Of a stretch of 64,000 nt of DNA, positions 57,042 through 64,000 are shown in pieces. The translations under genes were made by a program, and so were the position numbers. The notes beneath the pieces were generated by a model that did not search any database, was not told the DNA's origin, and saw only the letters and a program-made list of their open reading frames with translations. Each line of letters begins with the position of its first letter. Positions within the stretch are counted from its first letter, which is position 1. Source of the DNA: Bacteroidales bacterium (GTDB taxonomy: Bacteria; Bacteroidota; Bacteroidia; Bacteroidales; UBA12077); NCBI GenBank assembly GCA_035269575.1, contig DATFIZ010000036.1:5185-69184 (forward strand), read 5' to 3'.

Positions 57042-58400
57042 ATGGCAATAAGTAGAGAAACTATAGAGAAAAAAAAACTGGGATATACAATTTTAAGGCC
57101 ATATGTAAATTTTGTTACTAAAATCTATTTCAGAACAACGGTTCATAATTTAGATAATATCCCCAAAGATGATGTAATTATTTTTGCACCCAATCATCAA
57201 AATGCCTTGATGGATGCCTTAGCTATTCTTGCTACGGTTAAAACTGAACCTGTTTTTTTAGCCCGGGCCGATATCTTCAAAAAGAAATCCATCGCTAAAA
57301 TTCTTACTTTTCTAAAAATACTTCCTATATACCGAATCAGGGACGGAAAAGAAAGTCTGAAAAATAATGAACAAATATTTCGAAAGACAGTAGATGTACT
57401 AAAAAATAAAAACGGACTGGTTATTCTTCCTGAAGGAAACCATGCCGGAATAAGAAAATTACGGACGTTAAAAAAAGGAATTTCAAGAATTGCTTTCGAA
57501 GCTGAAGAAGCGAATAATTTTTCCTTTGATATTAAAATTATTCCTGTAGGTTTAGACTGGACTCACTATTCCAATTTCCGCAGCCGACTGTTTGTGAATT
57601 TCGGGCAACCTATCTCTGTTTCTGATTACTACGAAGAGTATAAGAACAATCCTCCCAGAGGGATGAATCTACTTCGCGAAAGAATCGCTGAAGAGTTAAA
57701 AAAGTACATGATTCATATCGAAAGTGAAGATTATTATGAGATGTTTGATATTATCAGGTATCTATATCTTCCACAAATGATTAAAAAAATGGGGTTAAAA
57801 AAGAACAAACAACCCTACAACTTTTATGCACAGAAAAAAATTATTAATGCCTTAAATCAATTTACTGAAGAAAACACCGAAGAAGCCAGCTCCCTTTATA
57901 AGTTAACGCATCGATATGGATATTTATTAAGGAAATTAAATCTTCGTCACTGGGTCTTTCAAAAAAAGAATTTTACTGTTACAGGATTAATCGGACAATC
58001 ATTATTGGCTATACTTCTTTTACCTGTTTATCTTTATGGATCTATTCTTAACTATCTACCTTATAAAATTCCGGTTTGGGCAACTAAAAAAGTTAAAGAT
58101 CCTCAATTTGTGAGTTCTTTTAGAACAGTTATTGCTCTGCTGTTGTTTCCTGTTTATTATATTATTCTGGCTATTATTGGAACCAACATTTTCAGTTCAG
58201 GTTGGATAATTTTAGCCTTTATTCTTACCTTACCCTTCTTCGGGCTATTTGCTTTTCATTATTTTATAGGAATAAAAAAATTACTGGCCAAAATCAGGTT
58301 TAAGTTTATGCAGTGGTTTAAAAATAAGGATTTACTCGAAACAGAAGGGTTGTTCGCTCAAATTACAAGTAAGATGGATAAAATAACAGACCACGAATAA
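57042..58400 (+). CDS. Lysophospholipid acyltransferase (PlsC-like) with C-terminal membrane domain
   Basis: APNHQNALMDAL (HX4D) and LPEGNHA blocks. TM helices in the C-terminal third. Confidence 0.85.
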   Translation: MAISRETIEKKKLGYTILRPYVNFVTKIYFRTTVHNLDNIPKDDVIIFAPNHQNALMDALAILATVKTEPVFLARADIFKKKSIAKILTFLKILPIYRIRDGKESLKNNEQIFRKTVDVLKNKNGLVILPEGNHAGIRKLRTLKKGISRIAFEAEEANNFSFDIKIIPVGLDWTHYSNFRSRLFVNFGQPISVSDYYEEYKNNPPRGMNLLRERIAEELKKYMIHIESEDYYEMFDIIRYLYLPQMIKKMGLKKNKQPYNFYAQKKIINALNQFTEENTEEASSLYKLTHRYGYLLRKLNLRHWVFQKKNFTVTGLIGQSLLAILLLPVYLYGSILNYLPYKIPVWATKKVKDPQFVSSFRTVIALLLFPVYYIILAIIGTNIFSSGWIILAFILTLPFFGLFAFHYFIGIKKLLAKIRFKFMQWFKNKDLLETEGLFAQITSKMDKITDHE

Positions 58401-58407
58401 ATATCCC

Positions 58408-59022
58408 TTATCGATAAGAATAAGCTGTTCCGTATAAAATGGTAAATGGTATTTCACCAAAGGCAATATGTACTTTTTTATCGGTGATCAAAACCATTTC
58501 GCCATTCACGAGTGCTGCTTTTCTTCTTAAAATAATTGTTGCGGAACGTTCAAGGCTTTTGATTGAAGAATAATTCCGCTCACTTCCTTCAGCTCTGGCC
58601 TCTAACTTTGCTACTTCAATCATCCCATCCACATCATCAGGATCATAAGTAACTTTAACCTTTCTGTAATCATTTATTTCCCTGACCGTTTTAGGTTCCT
58701 CGTTTAAAACCTCCATCTGTCCCGACTTATATTCAATCTTATAAACCAGGCGCTGATCCATTTGATTTACTTTGGTTTCACCAGGAAGTGAATAATAGAT
58801 ATTATTTTGATAAATTCTTTTTATATCAACCTGCATAACGGTTTCGTCATGTAAATAAATCTTATCTGCTATAATATCTTCTTCATTAACCTCTTTGCCA
58901 GACAAATCTTTTGCATCAACCTTATTTGTTTTTGTAGTATCAGGTTCATCCGGTAAAATTACCTGCGCACTTAAAGGTATATTCAGAAACAGAAACAATA
59001 TGAATAAAACAAAGATTTTCAT
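58408..59022 (-). CDS. Small secreted protein of unknown function (paralog of 37452..38009)
   Basis: ATG 59022 gives MKIFVLFILFLFLNIPLSAQ. The -7 box at 59055-59062 sits 3 nt upstream of the alternative ATG at 59052, too close to serve it. Full-length similarity to the 37452..38009 product. Confidence 0.65.
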   Translation of the reverse strand: MKIFVLFILFLFLNIPLSAQVILPDEPDTTKTNKVDAKDLSGKEVNEEDIIADKIYLHDETVMQVDIKRIYQNNIYYSLPGETKVNQMDQRLVYKIEYKSGQMEVLNEEPKTVREINDYRKVKVTYDPDDVDGMIEVAKLEARAEGSERNYSSIKSLERSATIILRRKAALVNGEMVLITDKKVHIAFGEIPFTILYGTAYSYR

Positions 59023-59054
59023 ATATATTTTAATTAGTAGATCAAACAACATTA

Positions 59055-59062
59055 CAAAAATA
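59055..59062 (-). promoter_or_regulatory. -7 box (TATTTTTG) for the 58408..59022 gene
   Basis: Exact TAnnTTTG on the minus strand, 33 nt upstream of ATG 59022. Confidence 0.45.
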
Positions 59063-59113
59063 CGTTAATTATTAAAAATTTCAACCTAACAAGTATCCAA
59101 AATCATGCCAGTA

Positions 59114-59151
59114 TAAAAAAGACTGTCTCGATAATTGAGACAGTCTCTTTT
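59114..59151 (-). terminator. Rho-independent terminator after the COG2403 gene (bidirectional-looking)
   Basis: 10-bp perfect stem AGACTGTCTC / GAGACAGTCT with loop GATAATT, flanked by an A-run (59115-59120, a U-tract on the minus strand) and TCTTTT on the plus strand. Confidence 0.8.
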
Positions 59152-59172
59152 CTGGAATATAGTTGTTATTAA

Positions 59173-60513
59173 TTATTTCAAATTATTTTTTTTAATAAAA
59201 TCATTAACTGCCTGAGATAAGTCTGGTTGACCAATTTCCTGAAGGTCATAGCCTATTTTTACAGTAGGCTTATTAATTTTCACAATGCGTGTTAGATCAA
59301 TTGGTGTTGCAATAACAACAGCATCACAAGGGGTTTTCTCAATGGTTGCTTCAAGATCTTTTATCTGTTGATCGCCATATCCCATTGCTGGTAATAAGGT
59401 ACCAATATTAGGATAAATTTTAAATGTTTCAGCTAATTTACCAACAGCATATTCCCTTGGATCAACCAGTTCAGAAGCACCACATTTATTGGCAGCAACA
59501 GTACCGGCACCAATTTTCATTTCACCATGTGTCAATGTTGGTCCGTCTTCAATAACTAATACTTTTTTCCCTCTTACCAACTCCGGTTTATCAATGGTAA
59601 GTGGAGAAGCACCATCAACAACCACTGCATCAGGATTAACTTTAGCAATATTGTCTCTTACAATTTGAATTGCCGGGGCATCGGCAGAATCCATTTTATT
59701 AATAACTACATAGTCTGCCAAACGTAAAGTAGCTTCACCGGGGTAATAAGACAGTTCGTGTCCTGGTCGGTGTGGGTCAACAACTGTAACCATTAAATCC
59801 GGCTTATAAAAAGGAAAGTCGTTATTTCCACCATCCCAAAGAATAACATCACAACCATCAGGATCATTTTCTGCTTCTCTTAAAATGGCTTCATAATCAA
59901 CTCCTGCATAAATAACATTTCCGCGTTGTACATGAGGTTCATATTCTTCCATTTCCTCAATAGTACATTTATGTTTTGCTAAATCATCAATTGTTGCAAA
60001 ACGTTGAACCTTTTGGGCTACAAGGTCACCATAAGGCATCGGATGTCGAATAGCTACAACTTTCAGCCCTTGCTCCATCAACAATTCAATAATACGACGT
60101 GAAGTTTGTGATTTACCACAACCTGTACGAACAGCACCAACAGCAATAAGTGGTTTCGTGCTTTCAATCATCGTTTTGCCCGGACCTAATAAAACAAAGT
60201 TAGCTCCTGCAGCATTAACCATTGCACCAATATTCATTACAACCTGATAAGGTACATCACTGTATGAAAATACACAATCTTCAACATTTAATTCTTTGAT
60301 TAATCTTTCTAAATCATCCTGAGCATAAATTGGAATGCCATCGGGATATAAACTACCCGCTAACTCGGCAGGATATTTTCGCCCGTCGATATCCGGAATC
60401 TGAGCTGCAGTAAAAGCAACTACATTATAATCATCATTATCTCTGTAATAAGTGTTAAAATTGTGGAAGTCTCTTCCAGCGGCTCCGATAATAAGAACAT
60501 TTTTCTTTGCCAT
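59173..60513 (-). CDS. COG2403-type predicted P-loop GTPase (family often annotated as cyclic 2,3-diphosphoglycerate synthetase-like)
   Basis: NVLIIGAAGRDFHNFN N-terminus, P-loop GAVRTGCGKSQTS, and NKMD (NKxD-like). GGAG sits 5 nt upstream of the ATG. Family name is from memory. Confidence 0.7.
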   Translation of the reverse strand: MAKKNVLIIGAAGRDFHNFNTYYRDNDDYNVVAFTAAQIPDIDGRKYPAELAGSLYPDGIPIYAQDDLERLIKELNVEDCVFSYSDVPYQVVMNIGAMVNAAGANFVLLGPGKTMIESTKPLIAVGAVRTGCGKSQTSRRIIELLMEQGLKVVAIRHPMPYGDLVAQKVQRFATIDDLAKHKCTIEEMEEYEPHVQRGNVIYAGVDYEAILREAENDPDGCDVILWDGGNNDFPFYKPDLMVTVVDPHRPGHELSYYPGEATLRLADYVVINKMDSADAPAIQIVRDNIAKVNPDAVVVDGASPLTIDKPELVRGKKVLVIEDGPTLTHGEMKIGAGTVAANKCGASELVDPREYAVGKLAETFKIYPNIGTLLPAMGYGDQQIKDLEATIEKTPCDAVVIATPIDLTRIVKINKPTVKIGYDLQEIGQPDLSQAVNDFIKKNNLK

Positions 60514-60566
60514 AATTTCTCCTTTTTTATGTTTTAAAATATTAACTTTTTTAAAAAATTGCTTAA

Positions 60567-60574
60567 CAAAGTTA
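60567..60574 (-). promoter_or_regulatory. -7 box (TAACTTTG) for the COG2403 gene
   Basis: Exact TAnnTTTG on the minus strand, 54 nt upstream of ATG 60513. Confidence 0.4.
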
Positions 60575-60810
60575 ATTTTTAAACCGAAAAATCATAACTT
60601 TCAGGGGTTAAAGTTATTTTCAGCCAAATGGACAAGCATAATATAAATAAGATTTTTCGTTATTTTTCAGGTAGTTCAAAAATAGATTTTTAAAAATATG
60701 TTAAGAAACATATGAAATAAATAAAAAATTATTTAAGGTTTGAACAATTTGCTAAAAACAAACTTTAACTTAGTAAACATTAGATTTTATAGCGTCAAAT
60801 AATATATCCG

Positions 60811-61407
60811 ATGAACTTTTTAGCACACATATATCTTTCAGGAAAAGAGGAACAAATAAAGATTGGCAACTTTATGGGGGATTATATCAAAGGGAAAGCT
60901 TTCCATATTTACCCTGATAAGATAAAAGAGGGAATCTTATTGCATCGTTATATTGACAGCTTTACAGATAGCAATAAAAATACCATTGAAGCGAAACAAC
61001 TTTTCACCCCAAAATACCGAAAATACTCAGGAATTATTATTGATATTATCTACGACCATTTTTTGGCAGGTAACTGGGAGCAATTTTCTTCTATTCATCT
61101 AAAAGATTATATTGAAGATTTTCATCAGCTATTATACAAATATCAAGAAATGATGCCTTCCGATGTTCAGGAAATGTTTCCCCGGTTAATCAGGAATCAG
61201 CGTTTATATTCATACCGCAAGGTTGAAGGCATTAAAGATGTATTTAGCACTATGGCAAAATACACCTCTTTACCTGAACATTCTGAATTTGCAATAATTA
61301 CTCTTCAGGAGAATTATGGATACCTGAAAAATTTATTTTTTAAATTTTTCAAAGAAATTATTTATTACATAGAAACAGTCCATAACGTCGACTTGACCAG
61401 TGAATAG
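60811..61407 (+). CDS. acpH: Acyl carrier protein phosphodiesterase
   Basis: MNFLAHIYLSG...GNFMGDYIKG...LHRYIDSFTD, typical of AcpH. Confidence 0.85.
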   Translation: MNFLAHIYLSGKEEQIKIGNFMGDYIKGKAFHIYPDKIKEGILLHRYIDSFTDSNKNTIEAKQLFTPKYRKYSGIIIDIIYDHFLAGNWEQFSSIHLKDYIEDFHQLLYKYQEMMPSDVQEMFPRLIRNQRLYSYRKVEGIKDVFSTMAKYTSLPEHSEFAIITLQENYGYLKNLFFKFFKEIIYYIETVHNVDLTSE

Positions 61408-61488
61408 GCTCTGTTTAGCAATTATTGCATTTTGATTTTTCCAATTATTTTCATTAATTTGTAACATCTAACTAAACTAACACTGCCA

Positions 61489-61496
61489 TATTTTTG
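61489..61496 (+). promoter_or_regulatory. -7 box (TATTTTTG) for the long kamA-family gene
   Basis: Exact TAnnTTTG 126 nt upstream of ATG 61622, implying a long leader containing small hairpins. Confidence 0.35.
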
Positions 61497-61621
61497 GTAA
61501 GCCCCCTTTTATTTTAGGGATTTAATTACTTTCACTTTTGTGTAAGTAATAATTATTCAAAATAAGTGTTTTGACTTATTCATGGAGTTGTTGTGATTAT
61601 AAATAAAAACGAGGAAATGTT

Positions 61622-63799
61622 ATGGTGGATAGAATTAATGAAGAAAAAGTAAAAATAAGCCCAAAGGCTAACCGAATATTAGACTTGCTTTTACAAGAAA
61701 ACCCAAAATTAAATGATATCCTTTCTCTATCTGAGCAAGAAGCTACAGATCAATTAAAAAAATGGGCTGAAGAAGAACTAAAACAAAATAATCTAGCTTA
61801 CAAATATTACCAGGGAGAGTTAAAGGGGAGAAAACCTTACGAAAAATTAAAGTGGAAAGATTTTGCGTCAATCAGAATGCTGGATTATATTAACTATGCA
61901 AACCTTGAATACGAAGATCTCAACTTAAGAGGAAAAAAAGATATTAGCAATCCTTTTCGGGTGTTGTGGCTTGCAGCTAACCATGGAAACGGCGGAGGTG
62001 ATTACTTATTTTTTCTTGACATGCTTGAGCTTTTCAGACAGTTTAACGGAAAAAACAAGCTTAACAAGCCTGGTACAGTTCAGGTGCAGGAATGGATGGA
62101 CAGACATCCTTCGGGATTAGATCAGGAAATTATTGAGGCCAGAAAAGAAAACAAACAACGCATTTTAAAAATTATTCTGGAAATGATTGATTCCGGAGAA
62201 GTTAAGTCCAGCAGCTTTTCTTTTGAGTCGGGAGCACCCTTTGAAGAAAAAATGAAGAAGATGAATGAATGGTGGGAGTCTAAGCTTTTCCATTTAAAAT
62301 TTGCTGTACGCAAACCCGACCTTTTGAATAAGATGCTAGATTACTCTCTTGATCCGGAAACCATGCAAACGTTGCATGCAGCTAAAGAAGCAGGAATTCC
62401 TTTTTTTGTTAATCCCTATTATCTTTCATTACTCGATACTAAAGACCGCACTAAGGCTGATTTAGCTATCAGAGATTATATTATTTACAGTCAGGAACTT
62501 ATTGATGAGTTTGGACATATTGTAGCATGGGAAAAAGAGGATATTGTTGAACCCGGAAAGCCAAATGCTGCCGGATGGCTACTTCCTTCAGATCATAACA
62601 TCCACCGACGTTATCCCGAAGTGGCCATATTAATACCTGATTCGATGGGAAGAGCTTGTGGAGGGCTATGTGTTTCTTGTCAACGAATGTATGATTTTCA
62701 AAGAGGAAATCTAAACTTCAACCTGGACAAACTAAAACCTACTGAAACCTGGCCCAAGAAACTTATCCGTTTATTAAAATACTTTGAAGAAGACACCCAG
62801 CTCAGAGATATTCTCATAACAGGAGGGGATGCTTTAATGAGCTCTGATAAATCGCTGAAAAGAATTCTTGATGCGGTTTACGATATGGCTTTGATTAAAA
62901 AGAAAAACAACAAATATTTAAAAGAGGGTGAAAAGCATGCTGAAATGTTACGTGTAAGACTGGGAACAAGACTACCTGTTTACCTACCGCAAAGGCTTAC
63001 GGATGAACTTGCTGGAATTTTATCTGAATTTAAACAAAAAGCATCGAAAATAGGGATTAAACAATTTGTTATTCAAACACACTTTGAATCCGCAATGGAA
63101 GTTACTCCCGAAACGGTAACTGGGTTAAAAAAACTAATCTCTGCCGGATGGACCATAACGAATCAAATGGTTTTTACTACAGCTGCTTCGCGGCGCGGAC
63201 ATACTGCTAAACTAAGAAAAGTTCTTAATGACGCAGGGGTATTAACCTATTACACTTTCTCTGTAAAAGGATATATGGAAAATTATCACAATTTTGCAAC
63301 CAATGCAAGAGCAGTGCAAGAGCAGCTTGAAGAAAAAAGATTAGGCGTTATTCCTAAAGAGTATAATGAGCTGGTTCATACATTCCCCGAAAATGGCGAA
63401 AATATGATAGAAAATATAAACGCTCTCCGGGAGAAAGCAGATATCCCATTTCTTGCCACAGACAGAAATGTACTCAATCTTCCGGGAGTTGGCAAAAGCC
63501 TAACATTCAGAACTGTAGGAATCACCAGACAAGGCAGAAGAATACTTGAATTTGATCATGATGCCAATAGAATACATAGTCCTATAATCGATCAAATGGG
63601 AAAAGTTATTATAGTTGAATCAAAACCTATTGGAGAATACCTGAACCAGATTGAAGAAATGGGTGAAGACATAAATGAATATAAAAATTTATGGGGCTAC
63701 ACCATTGGAGAAACCGAAGAAAGAATGCCTATATATATTTATCCTGAATACGATTTTAAGATTACAGAAGAATTTACAAACCTTGAACTACAAGAATAA
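61622..63799 (+). CDS. Long KamA-family (lysine 2,3-aminomutase-like) radical SAM protein
   Basis: CGGLCVSCQR (CxxxCxxC) at about aa 345, preceded by HRRYPEVAILIP and followed by ITGGDALM. About 300 extra N-terminal residues and a long C-terminus relative to classical KamA. Confidence 0.85.
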   Translation: MVDRINEEKVKISPKANRILDLLLQENPKLNDILSLSEQEATDQLKKWAEEELKQNNLAYKYYQGELKGRKPYEKLKWKDFASIRMLDYINYANLEYEDLNLRGKKDISNPFRVLWLAANHGNGGGDYLFFLDMLELFRQFNGKNKLNKPGTVQVQEWMDRHPSGLDQEIIEARKENKQRILKIILEMIDSGEVKSSSFSFESGAPFEEKMKKMNEWWESKLFHLKFAVRKPDLLNKMLDYSLDPETMQTLHAAKEAGIPFFVNPYYLSLLDTKDRTKADLAIRDYIIYSQELIDEFGHIVAWEKEDIVEPGKPNAAGWLLPSDHNIHRRYPEVAILIPDSMGRACGGLCVSCQRMYDFQRGNLNFNLDKLKPTETWPKKLIRLLKYFEEDTQLRDILITGGDALMSSDKSLKRILDAVYDMALIKKKNNKYLKEGEKHAEMLRVRLGTRLPVYLPQRLTDELAGILSEFKQKASKIGIKQFVIQTHFESAMEVTPETVTGLKKLISAGWTITNQMVFTTAASRRGHTAKLRKVLNDAGVLTYYTFSVKGYMENYHNFATNARAVQEQLEEKRLGVIPKEYNELVHTFPENGENMIENINALREKADIPFLATDRNVLNLPGVGKSLTFRTVGITRQGRRILEFDHDANRIHSPIIDQMGKVIIVESKPIGEYLNQIEEMGEDINEYKNLWGYTIGETEERMPIYIYPEYDFKITEEFTNLELQE

Positions 63800-63881
63800 G
63801 AAACTCTAAACAGATTGTCCAAAAAGGTTATAAACCAGTAAAGTTGAGAACATAAATTATTATCCTTTTTGAACAGCCTGT

Positions 63882-64000
63882 TTATCTTAACATCTCCAAC
63901 CGGCTGGCATCCAGGCGTAAAAAGATAAATAGCAATAGGGTAAAAGCCCAAAGAGAGGATCCTCCATAACTAAAAAACGGAAGGGGGATTCCAATTACAG
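63882..64000 (-). CDS. SEDS-family protein (RodA/FtsW) C-terminal fragment; the gene runs off the right edge
   Basis: Not in the track. The reverse frame reads VIGIPLPFFSYGGSSLWAFTLLLFIFLRLDASRLEMLR*, and G(I/L)PLPF(F/I)SYGGSS is the conserved SEDS C-terminal motif. The track ORF 63739..63951 is in a different, probably spurious frame. Confidence 0.8.
   Translation of the reverse strand, partial: VIGIPLPFFSYGGSSLWAFTLLLFIFLRLDASRLEMLR

Noticed and set aside
63739-63951. 70-aa minus-strand track ORF overlapping the end of the kamA-family gene
   Set aside because: It is in a different frame from the clear RodA/FtsW C-terminal motif (63882..64000), overlaps the kamA stop region, and has no recognisable features. 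The SEDS frame is the real gene.
1-64000. Searched by eye for CRISPR arrays, tRNA/rRNA genes, transposases or integrases, toxin-antitoxin pairs, reverse transcriptases, canonical parS (TGTTNCACGTGAAACA) and DnaA boxes (TTATCCACA)
   Set aside because: None were found. Intergenic regions are short and AT-rich apart from the elements reported. A by-eye scan can miss degenerate sites, so tRNAscan-SE, Infernal, CRISPR and motif scans should confirm.

Overview
This is an AT-rich, gene-dense core-chromosome segment with about 52 CDS on both strands. It looks like Bacteroidota: a T9SS PorQ-type barrel, the parA-parB-DUF5683-LysM transglycosylase block, many TAnnTTTG -7 boxes, and almost no Shine-Dalgarno sequences. 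Most genes are housekeeping: cmk-ispH-pfkA-priA; parAB; topoisomerase IV parE/parC; aroK; obg-adk-hpt; purE; recJ; lipA-lipB and lplA; lysS-gpsA-pgi; two PlsC-type acyltransferases; and an MsbA-like ABC exporter. I saw no rRNA, tRNA, CRISPR array, transposase, integrase or phage genes, so this is not an obvious accessory or defence island. Five things deserve a second look. (1) A 1073-aa ORF fuses an Endonuclease-Q-like PHP nuclease plus zinc finger to a complete UvrD-type helicase. (2) Directly upstream of it is a roughly 284-nt GC-rich imperfect palindrome, unlike the surrounding DNA; it could be a structured RNA or a MITE-like element. (3) A translationally coupled pair encodes a PorV/PorQ-like small barrel and a large outer-membrane barrel with an N-terminal ComEA-like helix-hairpin-helix module. 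(4) A DPP3-family lipoprotein appears to have both zinc-binding histidines substituted. (5) A membrane-anchored MutS-ATPase-only protein is coupled to plsC. Two edge-truncated genes missing from the ORF track were recovered: an M20 amidohydrolase at the left edge and a RodA/FtsW C-terminus at the right edge. All family calls come from reading motifs by eye; no searches were run.
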